The notes beneath the pieces were generated by a model that ran no database searches, was not told where the DNA came from, and saw nothing but the letters and a program-made list of their open reading frames with translations. Positions 1 through 13,738 of a stretch of DNA of 64,000 bases are shown here, piece by piece; the stretch's first letter is position 1; every line of letters starts with the position of its first letter. Source of the stretch: Moniliella sp. 'wahieum' (Eukaryota); contig RSEE01000023.1 in NCBI GenBank assembly GCA_003971905.1, positions 124,001 through 188,000 of the forward strand, read 5' to 3'. A program made the position numbers and the translations under genes.

Positions 1-383
1 GATGCGGCTTGTTTTGCAGAACAAAGTAGTGAGGCTGGAATGTGTGGCTGGTGGTCGTGGCCTACCTTGTCTGTCCTGGCAGGCTGCCCCTTTGGCTCGG
101 TTCCAGGTGTGCGGAACAGAGGTAGAATATGCTGAGTACTTCAAACGTGTTCCTGCTGGAGATGGTGCATGAGCATGATGCATGAGCGCTGCGCAGGTGG
201 CGAGGATGCTCAGCACGGGAGCAGTAGAAATTAGGTGTGACCGCGTGACCGGTGAGCTCGCCGGTAATGGGTTCTGTTTTGTCACATGTCACAGACCGCC
301 ACCCAAAGCACCAGCCGAGTCGTCATGATGATGACCTACTTGCCATGTGGGTGATCTTGACGTCGATCCTGTAATGTCGCAGT

Positions 384-460
384 CGCAGGACCCAGTCAAG
401 TGAGCTCTCCTCTCTCAGTGCACGCAGGACCCAGTCAAGTGAGTCTCCTCTCTCAGTGCA
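384..460. repeat. Tandem duplication of a ~39-bp unit (2 copies)
   Basis: CGCAGGACCCAGTCAAGTGAG(C)TCTCCTCTCTCAGTGCA at 384-422 and 423-460, differing by one indel. Confidence 0.9.
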
Positions 461-1439
461 CACAGGCCTCCGTCCTGGTTCTGTGCTCGTCTACGGGCCA
501 CCATTTCCGTTACCTACCCCAGCCCCGGAACCGCGAGGACTGAGACTTGGCTGCAGGCCTTGTGCCAACGCTGCGGTGGGGCGAACAACTCCATAAGATC
601 AAGATCGCACATGTGCATGAACGTTGAACGTTGAAAACGTAGTACGACCGTGGGCGCCAGTGGCCCGCGTGGTTCTTAGCTTGGATCTTATCCACGCTTA
701 GGCTAGTTACCAGTTGCTAATAGCTTTACTGCATGCTAGTTATCTTATCGACTACAGGGTTATTAGTCACATATTAGCCACATGCACCGCTGCTGCCACG
801 CCAGAGACCACGCCCCATGTCACCCCTGCGCTGCAAGCCATGCCGCACCAATATTGTCCCTATGACAAACTAAGGTCCCACAAGCCCTAAGATCCTAGGA
901 CCTAAAACCTTAAGGTTTAAGACTAAAGCGAAGCTTCAACTTCCCACAGGTCTTACTTCAAGCTTCAAGCCTCACAGGCCCCAGATCTCGGAGGGCCCCA
1001 AGGCAGGCCCAAGCGACGGACGGCAGTAGTGAAGACGTGACAAGAGGTGTGGTTGCGGCCGAGTTTCCGTGACGCGTGACGCGTGACAAGCGAGATGTGG
1101 CACGCGACACTGCGCGCACACTGTTGAAATTGTTGAACGATAATCGATAATCGATGATCTCGAGTTTATATATATCGAAGCCATGAAAGTTGGTGCGGCC
1201 TGGTGTGGCTGGTGGGGTTGGCTTGAGTGAGTAGAGACAGTTAAACATCAGTGCATTGTGCTGAGGCTCAGCGCTCAGTCTGAGCGCTGAACCTCCGCAG
1301 CCTTGCTAATTTGATTAGCACCTCAGCTAGGCGCGCTGAGCCTCAGCGCCCAGGTTATAATAAGCGGTTGAGAGCAACTCTGAAAGCGCAGCGAAGCAGG
1401 TGGATTGGAACTCATAGCAGTACGTACAAAGTTTATTGG

Positions 1440-3340
1440 GTATCACCTGCTACACCGTTGCCCCCCTGGTCCCTGCGCGGTCGAAGGAGATTCTATCGCT
1501 TGAAAGGTATATTTCAATTTGGAACCGAAGACCGTGGCGTTGCGAGTCGATGACACATTAAATAGAGAGTTCGTCTGAGGAAAAACTCTCGGGAACTCAA
1601 CGTTCGACGATAATTGTGTTGGTAGTGGTGACGTGGATATGATTGCTTTTCGAGGTCCCCTGTAGCACGCCTAACCCTTACGCCCGCTGCCTCCTTTGTG
1701 CTTCTCCCTGTCAGTTTCTCTCTCTTTAATACAACAGTAGACCGAGTAGACCGACACCGCTTCCACATCTTTAGTGTGTATAAGACCGGAGGAACAGAAG
1801 GGGTTGGGTGATGAATCTCTGGAAATGTATTAGGGCAATGCAATCGCGGTGGTGGTGTGACATGTAACAGGAGATGGAGGTGAAGTCATACGCCGGGGCA
1901 GCAGGCCCCTTGGTAAGGATGTCACGAGCGCTGAGGTGGATTGTGGCGATAGCATACTCAGTACGCGGGAGCCAGTCGCGGGTCTCCCATTTGTCGGCTT
2001 TGCGGGACGTTGTTTGTTGCCTCGGATGCGACAGGGGCGATCGATGGCAGAGTGGATGTCCGGAGACACGGGATCCGAGAGGGCGGGTGTGGCGGTAGGT
2101 GCGGGCGCGGGCGGGGCGCGAGCGTGGGAGTTGTGGTTGATGAATGTGATTGAGGTGCGGCAAAAGAGCCTGGATGGTGTCCGCGACAATAGCATGACTG
2201 TAGGCGGAGCGGGGGGGGGCGAAGCGAAGTGACCAGGGGGGGGGGGAGGCGATCCTGGGGCACCGTGGTTGGTGGGCACGGGGAGCAAGGGAGAGTCGTC
2301 GGCGTCGTCCATCTCGGGTGGTCGCGTGGGACGCAATAGCGCGGCGGCAAGAACATAGTGTAGGGAAGGGGAATGGTGGAGAGATGTGTCCCGCGGGAGT
2401 GGGGTGGGTGATTGGGCTGAAAGCCGGAAGGCTGAGTGAGATCAAACCTAACAGGAGATGGAGATGGGGGAAAGGATGAGGATTATCTTCATCGAGTGGA
2501 AAGAGAGCGAGGTATATATGCCGCGGAGAAGAAGAGAACATGCGAGCTAAGGCACCGAAGGAGGGAGCACAATCCAAAGGGGGGAAACAGCCAGGGTCTA
2601 GAACAAATCAAAGGGGCCAGACAATTTGGTGACAAAAGATGATCAAGTGAGTCTGATTCCGACATGGTGGTTAAGTCTAAGCCTTATGCCACACCTAAAG
2701 GACATAGAGGTTCAAACAAGCCTGAGTATACACGTGGAGGCTTCGAAGGTCAACAAGGGGAAAAGGGTGATAAAGGCACCTTGGCCTATATACAGGACCA
2801 CGGGTCGCAATATATATTACTCGTTTGAGAACCAGGGGAATCGCCAGGAGATCAACAGGAACCTTGGTGCCGTCATCCGTTCCCATACCCGAGTGCGGTA
2901 GCGTGTGGATACGGATGAACGTGGTAGACATCTGAGGGCGGTGAACCATCTCCATTATAACTGAGTAGTTAATTTCTTTCAAACAGTTATTGCCAAGCAC
3001 CTTGTCCGCTGTCTTGGTGGCATAGTATCTCATGTCGACAAAATCAAAGGGAAAACTGTTATTGGGTGCTTCTCTGGTACTTATTGGCATCTTGTCGCAT
3101 TTTGCTTGTTCTAGAAGCCAAAGCAGTTCCTCTTCTGGCGTTCCAAAGGCGTCGCGGTCCTCTCATGTACCACCCTCCAGTACGCGGCGCTGCACCTTCT
3201 GCGTTCCCAAGTCGCGCAACGTGTGGTCATCTCCATTCCTGATCCTTCGATTGCTCCAGGTCCCATCAGGCTGTAGGCCCGGTGGTCCCCTAGTTCTATA
3301 TACTTTGTGCACCTGTTTGTGCTCGCCATCGACGTGACAA
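1440..3340 (-). other. Possible orphan or degenerate coding sequence of unknown function
   Basis: Chain of minus-strand ORF pieces (2695-3090, 1771-2577, 1514-1843) with protein-like composition in a lower-GC block. No family motif recognised. Confidence 0.25.
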
Positions 3341-3499
3341 TGTTATCCCTTACTTATAGTCGGTGTAAACTGAGTACTGAGTTGGGTACTGATTGCTGTC
3401 ACCTGTGGACTCGGCGCAAACAGCGTCCGCATCTATTCAACGACGGTTCAAATAAAAGGTCCGATCAGCGATTCACATAGCCTGCGGCTCAGCTTCAAA

Positions 3500-4400
3500 T
3501 CGTCAATATACTAACCGAACCGCCCCAAAGCGACGTCTTTTATGGCCGCATTTCTTCGTCTGGGACTGATCCAACATCCAATAATCAATCAATTGATCAC
3601 CCAATGTAAAGTACCAAAGTGTGTCAACGTAGCGCCTAAAGATGTCAAGGCCTATGAACGTGTTATGAACCCACAGGTGAGTCGCGTTGTTACCGTGTGT
3701 TCTTCTTCTCTGGTATACAAGGCGCCATTCCATGCAGCATAAAGGAATACCAAAGCGGTATCCAAAGCAATTTCCCTTAAGTCACAGATGGAGTGCACAC
3801 ATGGTTGAAGGGGCGGGCTCCCTCACTCAATTTATTGCGGGCCCCAAGCTTGTATTGGGCTCGTGGGCAGGCCATGTTGTGCCACAACTCTGACATCAGT
3901 TCTCACTTTTGCACTTGTAAAGAACAGCTCGTAGGGGCGGTGCTGGAGATCAATCTGGATGTTCCTGTTCGAGTTTGAGCTCCAGGCACTTATACCTGCG
4001 GGTATCAAAGAAAGAGAAAAAATGGATATAGCTGATGAGAGAACTCAGTGTTGTGCTCAACCACGTTGCCAATACATCCGCCTCCTTGAGAGGCTGTTGA
4101 ATATCCCTATCGATGCATAATCTATCTGCTGTATTTCCTTAATAGTTGTTGCTTCTTCTTACACTCCCGCGTGCGGTGCAATCTAGACCAGTCGTGTGGC
4201 CAGCTGCATCTTCCCAAACAACCGAAGGGATCCGCTGATGGCTCATGCGCGCTCATGATTTCATGCCAAAAAAAGGTGATCGGATTCCTTCCGTGGAGGG
4301 GAGGTGCTCTCATCCATGGCTACAGAAACGTCCGTCTAAGCTTGTCCACAGAAAAGCCACGTCCTCTGCGGACTCCTCATATCCCACCATGCAAGGTCCC
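3500..4400 (-). other. Possible second orphan or degenerate coding sequence
   Basis: Minus-strand fragments (e.g. EIALDTALVFLYAAWNGALYT..., FIGLDIFRRYVDTLWYFTLGDQLIDYW) and an intron-acceptor-like pyrimidine tract ending CAG near 3996-4020. No family recognised. Confidence 0.2.
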
Positions 4401-5047
4401 TGGAGGCCCTCGAGCCCTCTTCTTGAGTACTTGACTGGGTATCGCGTGTCGAACGTTGAACGTCGCGAGTGGGAGTAGTAGTAGTGTACATTGGAGCAAT
4501 TCCGCGAGTTGAGTAGCAACGTTGCGATTCGAGCATGGTGTCGGTGCAAGGCTAGCAAATGCGTGGCAAGCAATTTCATAATTGTAACCCCCGGATTTTT
4601 CAGCCCGGAGAAACGGCGGCGAAGAACCCGAAGGAAGCAGGCACGACGTCAGTGGGCGGGGTGGCGTCATCGCGTCATCCTCCATAACTGGGTAAGAAAG
4701 ACTGGTACTGATAAATGACTGCGATCAATAAAAAAACTCCGTCGGACTCCTCTCACGCAAAGGGGCAGTGTCGCGTCGGTCACCAGAGCCACCAGTCACG
4801 CTTCCGGGTGACCCAAGCGCTGCAACCGCCGCAGGCAGGCGGCACGCGGGCAGTTTTGCTGCCTGGTTTTCACCTGGTCAATCCAAACGGAGTGTAATGC
4901 GGGGGCTGTGGTCCCACTGCGCGACACCCTCGGTGCATTTGCACACTTCCCCCTGTCTGCTTCCACCACCATCTCCAGCCCTTCCAACCTGACGACCCAC
5001 TACCACCATCGCCCTCATCGTTACCAGTGTCATTCAACCGGTTGACG

Positions 5048-6419
5048 ATGGCCTACCGTGAGACCGGCCCTTCGTTCCTCTGGGGCCTCAATCAATTCAT
5101 CTCCCCCGAATCCAGTTCGAACGGAGCTCCCACCTCAGCTTCAGCGCAAGCTCCCGATGCTTTCCCACCGATGGACTCATCCTTGACCGTCTCGCCTGAT
5201 GACCAGTTTGCCGACCAATTGGCTCTGGACCACTGCTTCCTTCTCGTTTGACGGGCCTACAGGACACGCACTCATCGCTGACGACGAAAAAGACTGCCCC
5301 AAAGACGAATTCAGTCGTGAGAACGATGAGCGGCAACTCGATCGTGAACGGGTTCGCGCCTTTGAATCCCACCAAGAGCAAGAGCAGCCAGCGCAAGCAA
5401 CTCCCTCCAATGGTGCTCCTACCCCTTCCCCCCAGGCAGACTACCCTTTGTTGCAGATGTTGGCGTTGAGTTCGATGACCCCGAGTCCAGCGCTTTCGTC
5501 ACCAGTTCTGCTCCAGCGCCTCCTCAACCACAAGCCCATCCCCAACAACAGCAACGCAACCGCAACCGCAACCGCAGCTCCTCTCGCTTCTTGGTCCTCA
5601 ACCTTTATTGCTTCTGCAGTTGAATCAACTCCTTTCTTCCGCGGGCACTCTGGGTTGTCTAATGCTCTCCCAGCGGCTTTGGCGCAGTTGAACGGTTTGA
5701 CCTCAGGTCAGGTGGGTGCGCACCTTTCGAATCCTGCAGCGCTGCATGCCCTCGCACCGCTTCTGCAGTCGTTGACGAACCAAGCCCCGTCTTTCGCTCC
5801 GGCCCCGACCGCACCTGCAACGAGCAACCTCTTTCGCAACTTTTGCGCAATTAGGCCAGGCTCTACCCCCCTCGCACCTCAGCCCCAACCTCAGGCGGCG
5901 AGTCAACCTGCGGAACAACCTGTCTTTCAACAAGCGCCTCCGCCGTGGGTCCGGTTCATCAAGATTCTCTTCCTCGTCCCGCGCCCCCTCCTTCCAAGGC
6001 AGCCACATCCCCATCTCCAAGCCCCTCGAGCACCCTAGAAAAGCCGCCCTCCGCCGTGGAGCCCAAGGCGCGCCCTGCAAAGAAGCGTCGCACGGAGACA
6101 AAGGAAGAGAGAAGGACCTCCGTGCCGACCTTGATCACGCCAACTCCTCCATTTCTCGTTGACACGGGTAATCCGAAGCGGATGCCGAGGCCAATCGCCT
6201 GGCCATCGAGGAAGACAAGCGGAGGCGCAACACTGCAGCCAGCGCCCGGTTTCCGCTTTAAGAAGAAGCAGCGCGAGGCTGCGATGGAAGCGAGCCACAA
6301 CGAGCTGCGTGAGCGCGTCGAGGCTCTGGAAAAGGAGAACAAGACACTGCACGCAGAGAATGACTGGTTGCGTCCTTCTTCTCAGCTGGCTCAGAGGGCC
6401 GTGTTCTACCCTTCCCTAG
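5048..6419 (+). CDS. metR: bZIP transcription factor, MetR/Cys-3/Zip1 (sulfur regulator) type
   Basis: Across a frameshift at ~6250 the basic region reads EEDKRRRNTAASARFRFKKKQRE, followed by a leucine zipper (ELRERVEALEKENKTLHAENDWLR). The N-terminus has the motif QLALWTTASFSFDGPTGHALI. Confidence 0.85.
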
Positions 6420-6715
6420 CGCGACACCGTCAATGCACGAGCCCACCTCCCTTTCGGGCGCTAAGTGAGACGCTTAAAACTGATCCTCCAACGGGATTGC
6501 TCCTCAAGTTTCCAAGTACCAACTGCTCTACTTCCTTTACGAGAGGGAAAAAAAAAGCACACGACCTACCCAATGACCAATGCCCTCAGTCTCTATATTG
6601 TTATCCTCCAACGGAGACAACTGTATCCATACCCACCTTCCAACAGGCGGGCTTTGTACTTGACCCACATGTGTTAATCGATGCCTTTGCTTTCGCCAGC
6701 AATAATTGCTCCATC

Positions 6716-7795
6716 TTAGTTGAGTCCGGCAATCAGCTTCTTTACACTCGGGGGAGGATCGTATAGTTGGTAAAGGGCAACGCGTCGGTGGGCTGCAACC
6801 AGTTCTTCTCGTCGTACTGTCCTCACCCTCGATCATGTGGAAAGTGAGATGTATCGTGTACGTGGGGTCAGCACTCGATTCTGACAAAAACATACTGGCA
6901 AGGGGGGGAATATCGTACAGATCGGGCTCAAGTCTTTTCGCTCTTGTGCAGCACGTGCCATGGATCAATACGAGTGTACCGGCCTTGACCTCTTCAAGCT
7001 TGGCATGTTCCGCATCCACAGTCAGCTCTTCCTTAGTGGAAATTGTTTCAAAGGTGGTACCAGAGTGCGTATCACCTGGGTTGGCACGGACAAAGCGTTT
7101 GTTCATCCTCGTGCCGGTCCGAGTCCCAGTTCCTCAGTATTGGGCGCTATCCTTCGGGCGTGCACATTGGGGTCCAACGTGGTCCCCTTTTCCCAACGAT
7201 GTGAACCAGGGAGGAAAGAGAGCGTCCCGTTCTTCGCTGTGCAGTCTTCAAGCGCGAACCAAAAGCCAATAGCAGATGGGGTCGTGTGAAGAGGAAAGTC
7301 GAGTCATTGTGCACGGGCACTGTCCCTCCAATCGAAGGCTGCTTGGCAATAATCATATCTGCAACACGCGAGGGTCGGTATGCACGCTCAACGAGCGAGC
7401 AACGGCCTGCAACTCGTTGGAAAAACTGAACCGGGCGAGATGGGGTCCAGGGCATGAAGCGCATGCCCACATTTGTTTACGGCCAGCCGGGGGCCCGGTT
7501 GAGCTTTCCGTTCTGATCCAGAGCATCCTCCTCCAAAATACCGCACCTTGTCTCCCGACTCGAGAAAGTACTTGTCCCCCACATGTTTCTCGCTTTCTTG
7601 CCGTCATCACCGCCGGTGCTGAACTTGGTTCAGGGTGGCCCGCGGGTCAAACGCGGCCACTACCTCTTTGGTGTGGGCGAGGATCGGAGCCGGGTCAAGA
7701 AGTTGGGGACGGCCAGGTACCCGTCCTTGTGGAACTGCTCCACTTGGGCACGGGTGAGGGAGCCAGCGTTGGGCGTGTTCTGCAAAGACCGACAT
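6716..7795 (-). CDS. Phytanoyl-CoA dioxygenase (PhyH/PHYHD1-like) 2OG-Fe(II) dioxygenase
   Basis: Stitched motifs: QVEQFHKDGYLAVPNF, KYFLESGDKVRYF, AVNKCGHALH, MIIAKQPSIGGTVPVHNDSTFLF (HxD), GFWFALEDCTAKNGTLSFLPGSH, VKAGTLVLIHG, FHMIEG..YDEKNWLQP. Confidence 0.9.
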
Positions 7796-9181
7796 GGAGA
7801 TGATGGAGCGTCGATTGGATATGAGGTGAGACGGGGCGGGGTAGTGACTGGCTGGAAGCATCCGCGCTCTCGATAACACGGTCCACATGATCCGACATGA
7901 GAGGGAGGGGGTTGCACCGACTAGGGTTGACTGCTCGATAATCGATAAGCACGGAAAAGCACCACAAGCGTTAGCTAAGCTGCGCTATGACGCAGGAGAA
8001 TGGGGACAGCATCACGCATCGGATCAGCCACTAGTCGCCTGACCCGTAACTTAACCTACACGCGTAACCCTATGCGGGCCTGCCGCAGTGCACAGTGGTC
8101 GTGCTGGGGGCTGGTACTTTTCGCTATGGTAATAGCTGCTTTTTACCGGCTTTTCAACGCCCAGGCTGAGACCGAGCGCTAAGCCCCAGCGCCGATCGAT
8201 CTTCAAGCTCCAGCCAGCGCTGCCCTTTGGCCAGCAAATGCGCTCGCGCCACTCCTTACCCTACTGCGTTTGGTGCGTTTGGTGCACCTCCCAAATCGAC
8301 CACCGTCTCGGCTACCGGTTCCCCTGTGTCCGCCATATGCGGTCATCAAAAATCGACCATTTTGTTGCTCACATACACGTATATTACACGCGGTGTCCCA
8401 CACGTTTTTGTATACATCAAGCCACTTGATAACAGGCCCCCAATGTGACGAAAACAGACAAGGAATGTGCTTGGCGTACTTGAGTTTTGGCGAGAACACA
8501 CACACCAGGGGTCCATGGATTCAGTGTGTGTGGTGGTATTGTTGTGGCCTTTCTCTCTGGGTTATATATGCGCGAAAGCGCACTATAGTGGTGTGGTGGT
8601 GGTTTACATGCTATATGATGAGAATACAACAGAGTGCGGCGGAGAGACCATTCATCTAAAAAGTGCGGCAATAGCTCTTGCCCGACGTGTGCATATGCTG
8701 TTTTTGAAGGGGGGTGTGGGGTCTATAACATCAGCATGGTCGCGTGAGATGTATATACACAACGGCGACAGGGGGGCGGGCAGACTGCCTGCGTAACGCA
8801 GGGGCCAAACTGTTCTGGCTGCATTCCCGTCCACATTAGGAAGGGTGGAGGCGTGCTGAGAATCATTCATCAACGTTCAGCCAATAAGAAATGGCCGCAA
8901 ATATTGCAGGCCCAATCGAGAGAGACGAGAGACACACGGAATCCGGAGTTGGCGTCGGTGGCGTGTGGTGTGGTGCCCGCCGCGTCGCTGCAGGCTCGGG
9001 GGCTGTCCCCTGCTGGGCGGGTGGTGGGGTGGTGGTGGAGGCACAGGGCGGTTCGCGGGACGTGTGCCCGGCTGGCTGAGCACGGGGCGAGTGTCGAGCG
9101 CCCTCCCCGATTGCTTAAATTCTGGCCTGCCTGGCGCTGGCCTCGGCTCGGCTGCTGCCACCATCGGGAGGCTGGGGTGCG

Positions 9182-10594
9182 ATGCGGTCACTTGCGCCCA
9201 TGCCGCTGCTGGGCCTGCCACTCGGCGGGCCGATGGCCCCCATGGCCCAGGCGCTGTGCTGGCGTCGGCGGGCTCGCCAATGCGGCGGCTGCACTGCCGC
9301 TCCGCGCTTCGTCGGCCAACGCCGACACCGAGGACACCGACCCGACCCAGGCGCAGGCGCAGGTCGTGGGCACCAAGCGTTCGCTTGCCGCTCGCTCCAT
9401 CCGCCCCTCCAAGCGGGCTCGGCACTCTGCCCCTGCCCCTGCCCTGCCTCCACTGCCCACCCTGCCCCTCTGTGGCCAAGCCAACGCAGCTCCCTGGCTG
9501 GCCAAGGACGACGGATGGACCGATCTGGACTGGGAGGACAGGGGGGACCCAATGATGGAATCGAGTATGTCAATGACATCTTTGTCTACTTGCGTAGACT
9601 CGAGGTTACGTGCGCCGTCTGTGGGTTGGAATTGTATGGCTGTGATACCGTGCTTGAGGGCCAGTGACTGACGCAGGCCTGTCCAGCTCCAGACCTTGCC
9701 CAACCCGAACTACATTAACCAGCAGGTGGATATGACATGGACGCACCGCTGCCAGGCCATAAACTGGCTTATTCGTGTTCACCACAAATTCCGTCTCGTG
9801 CCCGAGACGCTTTCTTGGCGGTTAACGTGGTGGACCGCCTGCTCAGCGTCCGTTCTGTGTCCCTTAGTCGCCCCAGCTGCTTACTACCGCTGCCCTCTTC
9901 CTTGCGGCCAAGTACGAGGAGGTGATCTGCCCTCGGTCGAAACTTTGCATACATAGCCACCGTCTCTGAACACGACATTCTTAACGCTGAGAGCTATATC
10001 CTCCGACCCTCAAATTTGACCTTTCCTACCCCAATCCCATGAACTTCCTTCGTCGCATTTCCAAAGCAGACGAGTACGATCTCCAAACCCGCACCATTGC
10101 CAAATACTTGTTCGTACCTCTGCCTCTCTCCTCTGCTCTCTTCGTCCACAGCCAGGCATCTTCGCTAACACGATGTAGGCTTGAGATTAGCACACTGGAC
10201 ATACGTCTGCTGGGCCATCCTCCTTCACTCCTTGCTGCTGCTGCGTTCTGGTTGGCCAGAGAAGTGGTGGAGAGCAGCCCGACGTGGCACCCCAACATGG
10301 TGCACTACTCGGGTTACTCTGAGCCGAGCTGCTCAGCACGGCCAACATCTTGTTGGACTTCATCTTGCGACCGACGGAGCGCGTACAGCGCGCTTGTTTA
10401 CCAAGTACGCCTCAGAGGCCTTTCTAAAAGTCTCCATCTCTGTGTGCAAGTGGGGCAAGAACAGATTTCCTCGCGAACGACGCAGTACGAACATTGGCTC
10501 TCGAAGCCCTAACAAAGTCTTATTTTCCGTCGCACTCTCATCCTCGATCTCTTTCATACTTACTGCATCCCTCGCCCTTCTGCCGGGGAGATGA
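9182..10594 (+). CDS. B-type (G2/M) cyclin
   Basis: DLDWEDRGDPMM..EYVNDIFVYLR, PNPNYINQQ, INWLIRVHHKFRLVPETLFLAVNVVDRLLS, AAKYEEV, YPNPMNFLRRISKADEYD, HYSGYSE. Introns at ~9605-9686 and ~10114-10178. Start is uncertain. Confidence 0.9.
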
Positions 10595-11037
10595 AACTCT
10601 GATTGGTGGCCTCTTTTCTTCCTCTCCCTCCCTCTCTCCCTGACTCGCCTTACTTCCAACCTCACGGCGACCACCGTGTGGTGCTCTGCCCTAACCCAAT
10701 GAAGCGGTAGGGGCTCAAAGAGGTACTCAGAGCAGGTTCTGTGGGAGCAAATATGTACCGTACTGCATTTGGTTTCTCTTCGACACCCAAGCTTTCAGCC
10801 TGCGTTTCAGCTGGTCGGTCCCCACCCCGAGCTTGGGGTTCTCTTCATGCCTTCTTCCTTTGAGTTTCGGCCTCCCTCACTAGCCCTTTGCACTGGCACT
10901 GCCCATTGCTTTGTCATTAAAACCATTGCTCTGAACCCGCATGCCCCAACTCCCCTCTTCACTTGCAAGTCCCCCCTACTAAATAAGACGTGGAATGTCG
11001 TGTCTACTTTGGGTGTGATATGAAGAGAAGATATAGC

Positions 11038-13738
11038 TTAACGCGGCGCCCACGGATCCACTTTGAGTGGTGGGAACACTCCGCCCAGTGGGACGCCCAA
11101 GGGCGAAAGGCCAGGTGACAGGCCCGAAAGGTCAGAGAAACTGTTTCTCAACTCGGGTAGACTGGGGTTGAGAGGGGTACCGAGGTGCGGGAGAGCAAGT
11201 CCTCCCCCCAACCCGCTCGGCACCCCATTGCTCACCAAACCGGCAGTGGCCAACGCATTGTGGCCCGAAGGGAGGGGCGGGGTTAGGTTGTGGCCTAGGC
11301 CAGGCGGCGGCCTGAGCGGGACAAAGGGAGCTTCCGGCACCGCCTCAAACGCGCGCGGGTAGAGTCCCACCCCCAATCATGCTCCACTTGGCGCCCAATC
11401 GGACCAGGAGGTAGCAGCGAAGATGCGGGCGGGTGAGTGGAGTAGCGGACAGGTGTCCCGGGAGGACCCCATGGGGACCCTCCCATACTCCTTCTCGGAG
11501 GCTCTACTGGCTCATCTGCTGTGGAGAGAAGCGCGCTCGAACCTAGGACCTGTTCTGGCTCCGTTTTGGGGGCAGGTCGGGTTGGGTGAATGGGACCAAC
11601 AGGGCCGGGCGGTTGTGTGCGGCGGCGGGCCACAGGGTCGAGGTCAAAGTCGAATAGATCAGGGTAGGCGAGATGCGACGGGGCCGATGGAATGGAGGAA
11701 AAAGAGGTGCTACGTGACACAAACGCGGGTGAGGGTGTGCCGATGGGAGGCAAACTGGGCGCCAAGGGTGCAGAGGGCGGAGAGATGGGCGAAGGCATCG
11801 CACTTAGACCCATCAGGGCCGCGGGTGAGTCAAGCAGCGGGTTTGGTGGTCCCACACTCCCCAGGGAGGGGGGGTAGGGCACACCCCGCCTTGGCTCGGC
11901 ACGTCTTTGCGAGCAGCCATGGCCTTCTCCATCTCCTCCCGCAACTCCCTCTCCTCTTTTTCCTTCTCTTCCTTTTCCTGCCCGCTTCTCTTCCTTGAGG
12001 CGCTCCTTCTTCTCTCGCAAAGCCTCACGTTGTCGCCGAGCCTCCTCCTCCTTCTCCTTCCGGGCCCTCTCGCGTTCCGCATCCCGCGCCGATCCTCCTC
12101 CACTCGGCGGCGCCGCTCCTCTTCCTTTCGGGCCCGTTCGGCCTCTCGAGCCTTCCGCTCAGCTTCCCGTCGCTCCCGAAGTTCCTGCTGCTTCTTCATC
12201 TCAGCCGCGGCTTGGCCTTTGCCTCCGCTTCAGCTTCTTGGCGTTGACGTTCCGCGGCTTCGCGCTGCTGCTGCTCCGCTTCCCGCTTCTCCCGCTGCAA
12301 TCTGGGTCACCGCGCATGGTTAGTACACTGCTCTGGAAGCTGAAGTAGAGGAGTACATACCGTTTTTTTCTTTCTTCTTTTGAAGCTCCCGCTCTCGCTT
12401 CGCTGCTTTGTCCCTTGTCTCCGCCTTGGACGCTTCCAATTCTTTCAGCAGTTCCCGTTGTCGGTCTTGGGCCACATGCTCCTTGAGGGCCTGGTGTACC
12501 GCTGTCAAATAGCCGGGCAGCGACCACTTGGAATATCCGCTCCCCTTCCTCACCTTGTGCTCCGTATCCTCTTCTCCATCACCGCGAAGGTTGGCCATGT
12601 GTTCCAGCATCTCGAACTTGTGGCCATCGTTTTGAGAGGTCGTCCGCAACCGTAAGCACGCCTACAACAAGGAAAGGGAGGAAGGATTAGTCTCATTCAT
12701 CACGCAAAACAGCACGGGAGGAGCAAGGGAGCGCACCTCGTACAGTCACTGGGGATCCGAACCAGTCCAACTTCCCCGGCGACTTGGTGGGTTCCTCCTC
12801 CTCTTCATCTTCGAATTCGTCGTCCTCGAATTCGTCTCGTCATACTCATCCTCCCGCTCCCGCCGGAGCGGGTCTGGGCCTACCACTGCCCCGGTCGAGT
12901 CCAGGACGACTGCTCCCGGAAAGACATCTTTGCGATCCAGAGCCCGCTCCAGCTCATCGTAATACGCTTGGTACAGCCTGTCTACTTCTGTTCGAGCGCC
13001 GTCCGTTTGCGCGCACAAATCGACAGGTGCAGCCGGCCTTTTGGCCCTCCTTGACCCGCCGCTACAAAGTCCTTCTCGATCATCACCAAGTCTTTCCGTT
13101 CTGCCTTGTCCAAGCGACCCAAAAGGCCTTGATCTTTTCCCGCTCTTGCTGGCTCTGCACGGCCCACGCCCGTGCCCGCGCCAACACTTCTGGTGGCCGC
13201 ACGGCTTGGATCGGAATTTCTCGCCGGACCGGCCGTTTGCCCGTTTTCGGCTTGGCGGATTGAGCATGGGCTGCTTCCCGGCGGCACGGGACGAGGGCTT
13301 GGGCGTGGCGGGCGCGGTGGCCGGGGGCGCAGACATGGGCACGACGGGCGCCGGAGGGAGGGGGACGAAGCGGCGAAAGGGGCGGCGCCACGGGCAGGCT
13401 GGCCGGCGAATCGGTCGGCACAGAGGCAGCACCGGGCGGGGTGGGGGGGCGGCGATGCGGGGGGGCGAGAGAGGCGGTGCGTCAGGGGCGGCGAGGCCGA
13501 CGCCCTGTGGGAAGGCACCAGGAGGGAGGCGTGGGTCGGCGGGATGCGCAGCAGGCGCCAGCGCGTGGCTCGGGTGGCCCGCCGACGACGCGTCCTGGTC
13601 CGGGGTGAAGAGGGGCATGGGCAAGGTGCTGCGGATGAGGGAGCGTATGTGCGGCGAGAAGGGCATCCAGTAGTCCCCGTCGGACTGCGCCGCGTCGGGG
13701 GTACTGGACATGGTAGTGGTGGGGGCGGGCGGAGCCAT
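11038..13738 (-). CDS. NST1: Stress response protein NST1 homolog
   Basis: QEREKIKAFWVALDKAERKDLVMIEK..C.C..CARKRTALE..VDRLYQAYYDELE and TVADDL..NDGHKFEMLEHMA, then an E/R/K-rich coiled coil and a Pro-rich tail. Intron at ~12664-12736. Multiple frameshifts. Confidence 0.8.

Noticed and set aside
390..4440. 12-bp inverted match ACCCAGTCAAGT (390 and 429 versus 4429-4440) as element ends
   Set aside because: Too short to exceed chance in 64 kb, no extension and no TSD.
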